Made by a program: the position numbers and the translations under genes. The notes under the pieces were generated by a model. That model made no database searches and had not been told where the DNA came from. It saw only the letters and a list, made by a program, of their open reading frames with translations. From the NCBI GenBank assembly GCA_041664225.1, contig JBAYLE010000003.1, forward strand, positions 15,608-79,607: 64,000 bases of DNA, in the 5' to 3' direction. The stretch comes from Parcubacteria group bacterium (GTDB lineage Bacteria > Patescibacteriota > Minisyncoccia > Moranbacterales > UBA2206). Of this stretch, positions 55,565 through 64,000 are shown piece by piece (the stretch's first letter is position 1; every line of letters starts with the position of its first letter).

Positions 55565-56986
55565 TTAATCTAAACTTTCAACATTTACCCCAAAGCTCCA
55601 ATCAACATCTGAATGGGCATGCAGTAATTGGCTGAGATATTTTTTGAGTTCATCATATTTTTCTTGTGTTTGCGCTTCGAATTTTATAGTCAGATAGGGA
55701 CCATTTTGGGAATAGCGCACTACAAACATTGAGTCAGGTAGGTCAAGACGCACACCATCACCAGCTCTCTCGTCATCAATTATTTCGGCCTGCGGATAGT
55801 CTTTTTTTAGAATCTCACTAATTTTTGCGATAAAATGAGCTTTTTTATCATCCGCACATCCAATTTTTATCTCCGGGCTGGAAATATATTTCGGAAGATA
55901 ATCAACAACTTCTGACAGCGATTTGCCTGATTTGGCCAAATAGCTTAATAAACGAAATGTCGAATAAACTCCATCATCATGATTATAGAAGTCCGCTGAA
56001 AAAAAGAAGTGACCTGAAAGCTCACCAATAAAGGCGGCTTTCACTTCCTGGTTTTTCTTTTTCAAAAAGGAATGCCCGGTTCGCCACATAAACGGTACAC
56101 CGCCGCTTTTTTTAATCGTGTCTTCGACCACTTTTGAGCAAAGCGTGTTATACATTATTTTTTCTCCAGGATGATCGGCCAAAACATCAGCCGCGAATAT
56201 GGCCACTAATACATCATTCCAGATTATTCCCCCTTTGTCATCGACAATACCGACTCGATCTCCGTCTGCATCGTAAGAAAAACCGACGTCCGCCCTCTCT
56301 TCCAGAACTTTTGCTCGCAATCTTTCTGCCACGAATACTTCTGTCGGATCAGGCGTACCCAAAGGAAAAGCGGGGTCAATTTTGCAATTGCTTTCCACAA
56401 CCTCGCAACCAGCCTGACGCAAAAATTCCGGCACAATGGCTCCAGCTGTCGAATTTCCCGGGTCAACAACTACCTTAAATTTTTTGCCCAGCGGAATGCG
56501 CTTAGATATGTCGTTAAAATAATCTTGTGAAATATTTTTCTTTTCAATAATTCCTTCTTTTTCACCCTGTTCATAATCTTCATTTTCTACCATTTTGCGT
56601 AATTCCTGAATTCCATCACTCACCATAGTTTCCGAAAAATCATTGGCAAATTTGAACCCATTATATTCCGCCGGATTATGTGAAGCAGTGACATACGCTC
56701 CCCCCTTTGCATTTAAAAAATATTGCGCCCAATAAAAAGTTCCGACTAAAGTCATGCCGATATCAACAACATCGATTCCTGCCCAAGATAAGCCTCTGAT
56801 TAAAAATTGACTGTATTCCTCGCTAGTTGACCGACAATCCCTGCCAACAATGGCCCTGGAAATGCCATGCCGCTTCAAATAAGTTCCGTGTGCTTTCCCT
56901 AAATGTTCAACTATTTCGGGATTTAAATCTTTATCGACTACACCCCTAAGATCATAGCCCCGAAACATATTTGGATTTACTTGCAT
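55565..56986 (-). CDS. Phosphomannomutase/phosphoglucomutase
   Basis: FRGYDLRG, TASHNP phosphoserine loop, DADGDR metal loop, GELSGH. Confidence 0.95.
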   Translation of the reverse strand: MQVNPNMFRGYDLRGVVDKDLNPEIVEHLGKAHGTYLKRHGISRAIVGRDCRSTSEEYSQFLIRGLSWAGIDVVDIGMTLVGTFYWAQYFLNAKGGAYVTASHNPAEYNGFKFANDFSETMVSDGIQELRKMVENEDYEQGEKEGIIEKKNISQDYFNDISKRIPLGKKFKVVVDPGNSTAGAIVPEFLRQAGCEVVESNCKIDPAFPLGTPDPTEVFVAERLRAKVLEERADVGFSYDADGDRVGIVDDKGGIIWNDVLVAIFAADVLADHPGEKIMYNTLCSKVVEDTIKKSGGVPFMWRTGHSFLKKKNQEVKAAFIGELSGHFFFSADFYNHDDGVYSTFRLLSYLAKSGKSLSEVVDYLPKYISSPEIKIGCADDKKAHFIAKISEILKKDYPQAEIIDDERAGDGVRLDLPDSMFVVRYSQNGPYLTIKFEAQTQEKYDELKKYLSQLLHAHSDVDWSFGVNVESLD

Positions 56987-57101
56987 AATATTTCTTTAAT
57001 TTTTACTTCTCTATTTTACCATCCTGGCCAAAAGCCTTCAAGCTATTGATAAAAGCCTTTAGATGCTATAAACTTCAAATATTGTTTAAGTAAAAAAACT
57101 C

Positions 57102-58148
57102 ATGAAAATTGGTATTGTAGGTCTGCCAAATGTTGGAAAATCCACATTATTCAAGGCTCTGACCAAAACTCAAGTGGATATTAGCAATTATCCCTTTTGC
57201 ACCATCGAACCCAACGTTGGCATTGTTAAAGTTCCCGACGAGCGGCTGGAAAAGTTAGCGGCTATGTCGCACTCGGCTAAAATTATTCCAGCCATTGTGG
57301 AATTTGTGGACATTGCTGGCATCGTGAAAGGCGCGTCCGTTGGCGAAGGCTTGGGCAATAAATTTCTGGCCAACATTCGCGAGGTCGATGCTATCGCCCA
57401 AGTGGTGCGGGTTTTTGAAAATACCAATATCACTCACGTGCATAACAAAATTGATCCGGAACATGATATTGAAATTATCAACACTGAATTGATTCTGGCC
57501 GATCTCGAAACAGTGCAAAAAGTAAAAGTGCGTTTGGAAAAAGACGCACGCGGCAACAAAAAGGGCGCGACCGAACAATTGGTTGTTACGGAAAAAATAA
57601 AAACAGCCCTGGAAGCTGGAAATTTGGCGAACACCGTGAAACTGGATCTGGAAGACGAAAACACTAAAACAATTGTGCGTGAACTTTCACTTCTGACTAT
57701 GAAACCATTTTTATTCATTTACAACGTAGCTGACACTAAAGAAAAACTACCCGATAATTTAGAGAAGTTGCCACATATCAAGCTAGACATCAAAATTGAA
57801 GAGGAATTGCTCGAAATGTCGCCAGAAGAAGCCGCCGAACTGGGAATCGAATCAAGCATTGATCAACTGATTATTGAAGCTTACAAGTTGCTCGGCCTCA
57901 TTACATTTCTTACCACTGGCGAAGACGAAACCCGCGCCTGGACCATCCAAAAAGGCTGGACCGCTCCCTTGGCCGGCACCGCCATTCACAATGACTTCAA
58001 AGACAAATTCATCCGCGCCGAAGTCATCCAATGGAACAAACTTCTCGAAGCTGGATCTTGGGGCAAAGCCCGCGAACTCGGCACGCTCCGCACCGAAGGC
58101 AAAGATTATATCGTTCAGGACGGCGACGTTATAGAATTTAAAATTTGA
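57102..58148 (+). CDS. ychF: Redox-regulated ATPase YchF
   Basis: [44 protein letters not shown]. Confidence 0.97.
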   Translation: MKIGIVGLPNVGKSTLFKALTKTQVDISNYPFCTIEPNVGIVKVPDERLEKLAAMSHSAKIIPAIVEFVDIAGIVKGASVGEGLGNKFLANIREVDAIAQVVRVFENTNITHVHNKIDPEHDIEIINTELILADLETVQKVKVRLEKDARGNKKGATEQLVVTEKIKTALEAGNLANTVKLDLEDENTKTIVRELSLLTMKPFLFIYNVADTKEKLPDNLEKLPHIKLDIKIEEELLEMSPEEAAELGIESSIDQLIIEAYKLLGLITFLTTGEDETRAWTIQKGWTAPLAGTAIHNDFKDKFIRAEVIQWNKLLEAGSWGKARELGTLRTEGKDYIVQDGDVIEFKI

Positions 58149-58168
58149 TAATTGATTAAAAAACTTAG

Positions 58169-59275
58169 ATGGATCGTAGGCTCGTCTATATTTTTCTAGC
58201 CTGGCTTGCTGGGCTTTTGATTATCGGATTTTTCAGTTTGTCTTTGTCTTCTTTTTCCCCTGATTCCGAACGTTACGTCAAAGACCCGCCATTCTATCGT
58301 TGGGATTCAAATTGGTATATTTCCATTGCAGACAGCGGGTATTCTTTTTCGCCTGAAACAAACTCGAATATTGCTTTTTTTCCTTTGTACCCAGCGCTTA
58401 TACGCATTAGCCATGAACTGACTGGCCTTCGTATGAGCTGGGTCGGGTTTTATCTGAGCATCACATTCGCGCTGGGCGCATTTCTTATGCTCTATCGTTT
58501 GCTATTATTGGATTATGCAAAAAGCCAGAGCCGAAAGATCGTCATTTTTTGGATCTTGTTTCCTTTTTCATATTTTCTGATTTCCGTCTATACCGAATCG
58601 CTCTTTATTTTTTTGGCTGTGGCGAGCTTATATTTCGCGCGGGAGAAAAGATGGCTAGCCGCTTCAATTATGGCGGCACTGGCTGTCCTCTCGCGCCCCT
58701 ATGGAATTTTTTTATTGCCCGTCCTGATTTGGGAATATTTTTCAGATGAAAAATTTTCTTTTGCCGCTCTGCGCCAAAAAAGTTTTTGGCTGGTTAGCCT
58801 GATCCCCTTGGCCGCTTTTCTGCTGTTCATCATTTATAATAAATTGCGCTTCAATGAACCCTTCGCGTTTTTACTGGCCCAGCAAAATTGGGGAAGGATA
58901 ACCGCTTCTCCCCTGCCCGTATTTTTCTCTTATGCGCGCGAAGTATTAAAATCGTCCACTTACACTATTCAGAATTTGCATTTCGCCGTCGATTTTGGGG
59001 CAATTTTGTTTGCGCTGACGGCCCTATATCTTTCCTTGAAGAGATCGATCCGCCCCTCTTATATTTTACTAAGCGTCCTGTTGATCGCACCAGCCCTGTT
59101 GAGCGGAACATTCACAAGTATCCACCGTTATGTTCTGGCCGCATTCCCCCTTTTCATCGCGCCAGCTCTGGCGTTGGAAAAAAATAGTTGGCTTTTCGGC
59201 GGGTATTGCTTTCTATCTTTTTTATTGCTTCTTTATTTTGCCAGTCTTTTTGTCCGCTGGGCACCTATTTTTTAA
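58169..59275 (+). CDS. Membrane mannosyltransferase-like protein (PIG-V-like, GT-C)
   Basis: RWDSNWY..IA..GY, AFFPLYP, YTESLF, RY...FP. Confidence 0.85.
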   Translation: MDRRLVYIFLAWLAGLLIIGFFSLSLSSFSPDSERYVKDPPFYRWDSNWYISIADSGYSFSPETNSNIAFFPLYPALIRISHELTGLRMSWVGFYLSITFALGAFLMLYRLLLLDYAKSQSRKIVIFWILFPFSYFLISVYTESLFIFLAVASLYFAREKRWLAASIMAALAVLSRPYGIFLLPVLIWEYFSDEKFSFAALRQKSFWLVSLIPLAAFLLFIIYNKLRFNEPFAFLLAQQNWGRITASPLPVFFSYAREVLKSSTYTIQNLHFAVDFGAILFALTALYLSLKRSIRPSYILLSVLLIAPALLSGTFTSIHRYVLAAFPLFIAPALALEKNSWLFGGYCFLSFLLLLYFASLFVRWAPIF

Positions 59276-59332
59276 AGTATTGGCCATCGCTTGACTCTTT
59301 TCTCATGGCTTGCTAAACTAACTTTACAACTT

Positions 59333-59406
59333 AGAAAGCCCAATGATTCTGTCGCCCTGATCTCAATAGGGATAGCAGGATACAAATCCGCAAGGAAAGG
59401 CTTTCT
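59333..59406 (+). promoter_or_regulatory. Structured leader of the rpsF operon (candidate S6:S18 autoregulatory RNA)
   Basis: Closing stem AGAAAGCC/GGCTTTCT with two internal hairpins, downstream of TTGACT-17-TAAACT. Confidence 0.4.
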
Positions 59407-59444
59407 TTAGCGGTTTTAAATTTATTAACTAATTAAACAATTGC

Positions 59445-59969
59445 ATGCAATACGAACTATTTTATCTGGTCGGCGCTTCAAAAGAGGCAGATCTTCCCAA
59501 AATTAAAGCTGAGATAGCGGAATTTGTCACTTCTTCCGGCGCTGTTTTCGAGGAAAAACAAGTGGTCGAAAAAAGAAAAATGGCATATGAAATCCAGCGT
59601 GAAAATCGCGGTTTTTATGTCGCACAAAGATTCAATCTGGAAGATGCGGAGAAAATTCAATCAATCACCCGCAAACTTAACCTTTATGCCGGCATCCTGA
59701 GATCACTGATTGTCCGCACTGACGAACTGCCAGAACTAACTTCCCGAGAAGAAAGAGAGACAAAAAGTAAGGCCGAACCAAAATTTGAAGCTAAAAAACC
59801 CCTGACCGGGCAGGCTATCCGTCCTGAAAGCGAGGATAAACCCAAAGAAATTGTTCCGACTAAAGTGAAAAAAGAAGAAAAAGCAGAAACCATAGACAAA
59901 ACACCCGAAGAAAAGAAATTGGATGAAGCAGACATTGATAAAAAACTTGAAGAAATTTTAAACATTTAA
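59445..59969 (+). CDS. rpsF: 30S ribosomal protein S6 with a long charged C-terminal tail
   Basis: MQYELFY, RKMAYEI...GFY, ILR.LIV; rpsF-ssb-rpsR synteny. Confidence 0.9.
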   Translation: MQYELFYLVGASKEADLPKIKAEIAEFVTSSGAVFEEKQVVEKRKMAYEIQRENRGFYVAQRFNLEDAEKIQSITRKLNLYAGILRSLIVRTDELPELTSREERETKSKAEPKFEAKKPLTGQAIRPESEDKPKEIVPTKVKKEEKAETIDKTPEEKKLDEADIDKKLEEILNI

Positions 59970-59970
59970 T

Positions 59971-60034
59971 CATAAAACATGAAACATATAACATGAAACG
60001 AGATTGTTGCATGTTGTATGCTATATGTTACATG
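59971..60034. repeat. Inverted heptamer array (CATGAAA / TGTTACA)
   Basis: CATAAAA CATGAAA CATATAA CATGAAA ... TGTTGCA TGTTGTA TGCTATA TGTTACA. Confidence 0.8.
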
Positions 60035-60038
60035 AACT

Positions 60039-60518
60039 ATGAACGTAAACAAGGTGCTCTTAGTCGGACGCTTAACCCGCGATCCGGAAATAAGAAACAC
60101 TCCTTCCGGGCAAACCGTCGCTTCAATCAGTATGGCCACTAATCGTTTTTGGAAAGACAAAAACGGACAAAGGCAGGACAAGACCGAATTTCATAATGTC
60201 GTTCTTTGGGGAAGATTGGCTGAGATTGCCGGCCAATATTTGACTAAGGGGCAAGAAGCCTATATCGAAGGCCGCATGGAAACACGGAAATACACCGCCA
60301 AAGACGGTACTGAAAGGCGTACAACCGAGGTTATCGCGGAAAATATGCAGCTTGGCAGCCGGCCTCAAGGCTCAGCTCCAAGGCCAACCGGAACATATAA
60401 TGCCCCTCAGGCTCCATCAACTCAGCAAACATCCCAAAGACCAGCCGAGGAAGAAATTCCTACTATCAATCTTGATGAGGAACAAGATGAAGTAAAAATT
60501 GAAGACGTCCCCTTTTAA
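60039..60518 (+). CDS. ssb: Single-stranded DNA-binding protein
   Basis: NKVLLVGRLTRDPE, TEFHNVV.WG, acidic tail EDVPF. Confidence 0.97.
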   Translation: MNVNKVLLVGRLTRDPEIRNTPSGQTVASISMATNRFWKDKNGQRQDKTEFHNVVLWGRLAEIAGQYLTKGQEAYIEGRMETRKYTAKDGTERRTTEVIAENMQLGSRPQGSAPRPTGTYNAPQAPSTQQTSQRPAEEEIPTINLDEEQDEVKIEDVPF

Positions 60519-60540
60519 ACCCTAAAAAAACTAAATTCAT

Positions 60541-60774
60541 ATGTATAACACTAACGATACGGCCAAAACAGAAAAGAAAACTTGTTTCTTTTGCGAAGCC
60601 AAAATGGACAAACTTGATTATAAAGACGCTTATCTTTTGCGCCGCTTTATGAATTCTCAGGGCAAGATTTATCCCCCAAAAAGACATGGGACTTGCACTC
60701 GGCATCAAAGAACGCTGGCCAACGCGATAAAAAAAGCCCGCGTTATGGCATTGGTGCCCTTCGTCGTCAAATAA
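60541..60774 (+). CDS. rpsR: 30S ribosomal protein S18 (Zn-binding C+ form)
   Basis: CFFC, DYKD, GKI.P, C.RHQR, AIKKAR.MAL.PF. Confidence 0.95.
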   Translation: MYNTNDTAKTEKKTCFFCEAKMDKLDYKDAYLLRRFMNSQGKIYPPKRHGTCTRHQRTLANAIKKARVMALVPFVVK

Positions 60775-61332
60775 ATGTTGAATCTAAGTGATATAAAATC
60801 AGGCAAAAATATTGTTCTGGATGAGCTTCCTTATGCAGTCCTTTACCATGAACATTCAAAAACTGGCCGCGCCGGTTCGGTTTTGCGTACCCGCATTAAA
60901 AATCTGGCCACGGGCGCAGTTCTGGAAAAAACCTTCCAGGGAGCTGATCAAGTAGAGGAGGCGGACGTCACTAAAGGCAAGGCGCAATTTCTCTACAAGG
61001 AGGGAACCGCTTACGCATTCATGGATAACGAGTCCTACGAACAATTTACGCTTCCAGCGGAGGCCCTGGGAAACGCCGTAAGCTATCTGATCGAAGGTAC
61101 AGAAATAGTTGTTCTCTACTTCAATAGCAATCCGATCAACATTGAACTGCCGATCAAAATGAAACTTCGGGTTACTGAAGCTCCTCCCGGAATAAAAGGC
61201 AACACAGTTTCCACGGGCGGTAAAATGGTAACCTTGGAAACCGGATTAAAAATCTCCACTCCGCTCTTTGTGAATGAGGGCGATGAAATTATTATCAATA
61301 CCGAAAAAGGAGAATATGTAAGCCGAGCATAG
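60775..61332 (+). CDS. efp: Elongation factor P
   Basis: KNL.TG, FMDNESYEQ, PG.KGNT, LETG....PLF...GD, GEYVSRA. Confidence 0.95.
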   Translation: MLNLSDIKSGKNIVLDELPYAVLYHEHSKTGRAGSVLRTRIKNLATGAVLEKTFQGADQVEEADVTKGKAQFLYKEGTAYAFMDNESYEQFTLPAEALGNAVSYLIEGTEIVVLYFNSNPINIELPIKMKLRVTEAPPGIKGNTVSTGGKMVTLETGLKISTPLFVNEGDEIIINTEKGEYVSRA

Positions 61333-61334
61333 TT

Positions 61335-61447
61335 CATAAAACATGCAACAAGCCCAGAAAAAAATATTTTTGAGATAAAAAAATAAAAATCCCCCAAGGG
61401 ATTTTTATTTTGTTTCATGTTACATGCTTCATGCTACATGTTCTATG
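61335..61447. repeat. Inverted heptamer array enclosing a terminator hairpin
   Basis: CATAAAA CATGCAA ... AAATAAAAATCCC-CCAA-GGGATTTTTATTT ... TGTTTCA TGTTACA TGCTTCA TGCTACA TGTTCTA. Confidence 0.75.
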
Positions 61448-61448
61448 A

Positions 61449-61604
61449 CTAGAACAAACCCATATTGCCGAACAAAGTGATCGTCAGCATGGGTGTCAGC
61501 GCGATCAGGAATGCGAAAGCTATTTCTTCCGCTTCCTTGATCTCTAGCTCCCTTCGCTCGCAGTCCGGGCAACCCGGCTCTCCGCATTTTTGTACTTCTT
61601 CCAT
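61449..61604 (-). CDS. Small Cys-containing membrane protein (51 aa), not in the ORF track
   Basis: MEEVQKCGEPGCPDCERRELEIKEAEEIAFAFLIALTPMLTITLFGNMGLF. Confidence 0.65.
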   Translation of the reverse strand: MEEVQKCGEPGCPDCERRELEIKEAEEIAFAFLIALTPMLTITLFGNMGLF

Positions 61605-61733
61605 ATTTTTGTTTTTCCCCCAAGTTAAAGGGTTTTTTAATAATTATTAGCGAATAAAAAGAAAAAACGGGGTAAAATCACCCGTTTTTTACTACACATC
61701 TATTATACACCCAAAATAGGCTTTTGTCAAATG

Positions 61734-62750
61734 CTAAGCCCCAGAATCTCTGGATTTGTCTTTAATGCCTTTCGTGATCGCCGCGGCTACTTTGGGATTA
61801 TCTTTGACAAAAGCTTTGGCGGTCTCGCGTCCGACGCCCAATTTAGTGTCTTCAAAAAGATATGAATTTCCGGATTTTTTGACTACCTCATATTTCACGC
61901 CTGTATCCAATAAATCTCCTGCTTGAGAAATTCCTTCATTATACATAATATCGAATTCGGTGGTTTTGAATGGCGGAGCCACTTTGTTTTTGACTATTTT
62001 CGCTTTGACTCGGTTGCCGACCACGTCTTCGCCTTTTTTGATCTGCGCCGCTCTCCTCACTTCAATGCGCACCGATGAATAAAACTTAAGGGCTTGCCCG
62101 CCAGTTGTCGTTTCCGGATTGCCAAACATCACTCCGATTTTCATCCTGAGCTGATTGATAAAAATGACCACTGTATTGGATCTGGCAATGATCGCTGTGA
62201 GCTTTCTGAGAGCTTGCGACATAAGCCTGGCTTGACGGCCCATATGCGAATCTCCCATTTCTCCTTCGATTTCCGCTTTCGGCACCAAGGCCGCTACGGA
62301 ATCAATCACAATCACATCAATTGCGTTCGAGCGCACCAGGGTTTCTACGATATCCAAGGCCTGTTCTCCATTGTCCGGCTGAGATATCAGAAGGTCATTG
62401 ATTTTTACTCCGATTTTTTTGGCGTATTCCGGATCCAACGCGTGTTCAGCATCAATAAAAGCTGCTGTGCCGCCAACTTTTTGAGCGTTGGCGATAATAT
62501 GTAGAGTCAAAGTGGTCTTTCCAGATGACTCAGGGCCGTAAACTTCGATTACTCTGCCACGCGGCACTCCGCCTATACCCAAAGCTAGATCTAAAGAAAT
62601 TGATCCGGTCGGGATCGCTTCCACGTCGACCTTTTTTATATCCCCCAGCTTCATCAGCATGCCTTCGCCGAATTTCTCCTTAATTTCGTCAACGACATGA
62701 TCGACGCTGGTCTGCTTGGTTGTCGCCGCTTCTTTTTTTTCATCAGTCAT
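61734..62750 (-). CDS. recA: Recombinase RecA
   Basis: [51 protein letters not shown]. Confidence 0.98.
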   Translation of the reverse strand: MTDEKKEAATTKQTSVDHVVDEIKEKFGEGMLMKLGDIKKVDVEAIPTGSISLDLALGIGGVPRGRVIEVYGPESSGKTTLTLHIIANAQKVGGTAAFIDAEHALDPEYAKKIGVKINDLLISQPDNGEQALDIVETLVRSNAIDVIVIDSVAALVPKAEIEGEMGDSHMGRQARLMSQALRKLTAIIARSNTVVIFINQLRMKIGVMFGNPETTTGGQALKFYSSVRIEVRRAAQIKKGEDVVGNRVKAKIVKNKVAPPFKTTEFDIMYNEGISQAGDLLDTGVKYEVVKKSGNSYLFEDTKLGVGRETAKAFVKDNPKVAAAITKGIKDKSRDSGA

Positions 62751-62839
62751 AAGTTTTCACTAAAATAAATTAATATCTCCTTAACAGTGATAGTATATCA
62801 CCACTTCTCAACCTCCACAATCCTAAGTTATCCACAGGC

Positions 62840-63850
62840 CTAATACTTCGTATCTGAAGTGAAAGTTACCCCGCGAACAGCGCCGGCGCTGTCTCCCAGG
62901 GCCCCAATATCTTTACTATTAAACTTGACGAAAGTGGCATTCGCCTTGCCCGAATTTATCATTATCTTGCTGTCTGCCTGGAAGGATTGGATAGCCCCTG
63001 TTAGCATCGTACCGCTAAAAACCAAATTGCCGTCAACCTCCACGCTTACCCAGACAGGACCCGGGTCGACTCGCACTTCCATTCCCAATCCTTTTTGAGC
63101 TGAGGCTTCTTGGTTTTGCGCGGCATCCGGCGCCGGCTGATTATCGTCTTTATTTTCTTGTTGGTCTGATTGCACCGTCAATGTTTCAATGGCTTCCTTG
63201 TTAAATTTGTTGACGGCTTTGATGTTTATAATATTTGTGCCGGACTGCACCGTAACACTTTCTCTGAATTTTCCGTCGTCCGCGACCAAAATCGGCTGGC
63301 CATTCAAAAAGAGTCCGGCGTCCCTGTCTGTTATGCCTTCCACTGTCACCGAATTTCCGCTAGTCGCGTAATTTTTGTCGGGGCTAAGAATTACCAGTCT
63401 CGGCGTGCTCGCGAAAGCGCCGATCTCTTTGTATAAATAAAAAAATCCCCCGATAACCAAGAGCGCGACCAAGCTGATTGCTATAACCCTGGGAGTGAAT
63501 ACAAACGAGGAAACATTGATTGTTTCTCTGCTGGCTAGTTGATTTTTTTTCCCATTGTCCTTGCGCTTGTCTAGATTCTTTTTTATTTCATTCTCTTTTT
63601 CATATAACCGAACCAGTATTCTTTCATCGACACCCAAAAATTCAGCGTAACTGCGTAGAAAACCGCGTACATAAACATCCACCGGCAACTTGTCGTAGGT
63701 TCCTTCCTCCAAATATTCCAGATATTTAACCTGAATTCTGGTATTGCGAGAAACTTCCCCCAAACTCATCCTGCGTTCACTTCTGAGTTTTTTGAGCTTT
63801 TCCCCTAAGGTAAGAGTACCGACACTTTTTTTTGTGAAACTTTTCATCAT
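62840..63850 (-). CDS. RodZ-like protein (HTH, TM, Ig-like domain, C-terminal DUF4115-like domain)
   Basis: LGEKLKKLR, YLEYLEEG.YDKLP..YVRGFLRSYA, TM helix, WVSV.VDG. Confidence 0.85.
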   Translation of the reverse strand: MMKSFTKKSVGTLTLGEKLKKLRSERRMSLGEVSRNTRIQVKYLEYLEEGTYDKLPVDVYVRGFLRSYAEFLGVDERILVRLYEKENEIKKNLDKRKDNGKKNQLASRETINVSSFVFTPRVIAISLVALLVIGGFFYLYKEIGAFASTPRLVILSPDKNYATSGNSVTVEGITDRDAGLFLNGQPILVADDGKFRESVTVQSGTNIINIKAVNKFNKEAIETLTVQSDQQENKDDNQPAPDAAQNQEASAQKGLGMEVRVDPGPVWVSVEVDGNLVFSGTMLTGAIQSFQADSKIMINSGKANATFVKFNSKDIGALGDSAGAVRGVTFTSDTKY

Positions 63851-63940
63851 AACGCGGACAAAATAAAAAAACCAATTACAAAAATACAATGACGCTGACT
63901 ATGTGTTTTTTATTTTTGTTTCGGTTTCGGTTTTGGTTTT

Positions 63941-64000
63941 TTACATCTGCCATTTGTCTCTGACTGTCTGATCAGTTATGACATGGTCATAATTGATGGC
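63941..64000 (-). CDS. C-terminal end of an upstream gene (possibly ftsK, by synteny only)
   Basis: Open frame AINYDHVITDQTVRDKWQM* runs off the window edge. Confidence 0.4.
   Translation of the reverse strand, partial: AINYDHVITDQTVRDKWQM

Noticed and set aside
59801-59814. CCTGACCGGGCAGG in the rpsF tail as another palindromic insertion
   Set aside because: Too short and imperfect to distinguish from chance.
1-64000. CRISPR array or cas genes
   Set aside because: No regularly spaced 25-45-nt direct repeats with unique spacers and no Cas-like ORFs; the repeats seen are heptamer arrays or dispersed hairpins.
1-64000. Alternative genetic code (UGA = Gly, as in Gracilibacteria/Absconditabacteria)
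   Set aside because: Conserved genes are full length under code 11, and TGA ends several of them (vanW, pilB, uvrB) at the expected C-termini.

Overview
This AT-rich window looks like core chromosome from a Patescibacteria/CPR (Parcubacteria-like) genome using genetic code 11; the taxon is inferred from gene content and sequence style. Coding content is mostly housekeeping: clpC, comF, alr, recG, a cold-shock protein, tsaD, hsp20, a type IV pilus/competence operon headed by a two-component pair, a carboxynorspermidine pathway pair, uvrA (two copies), uvrC, uvrB, secG, rnj, trpS, a phosphomannomutase, ychF, rpsF-ssb-rpsR-efp and recA, plus 8 tRNA genes. No transposase, integrase, reverse transcriptase or CRISPR array is visible. 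The unusual signal is non-coding: many small structured elements. (1) A ~190-nt long-hairpin family occurs in 3 copies with compensatory base changes; two copies flank trpS. (2) A hairpin with a near-invariant 19-nt loop but different stems is inserted in-frame, in different reading frames, in uvrA and uvrC. (3) Partial tRNA copies carrying hairpin cargo sit beside four tRNA genes. (4) Inverted heptamer-repeat arrays occur between genes and in-frame inside tsaD and uvrC. (5) There is a MITE-like element with a 4-bp target duplication. Many of these share a CGAAGCGAG/CGAGCGAG motif. Two small ORFs missed by the ORF track and a promoter shared between the csp gene and a zinc-ribbon gene were also found.
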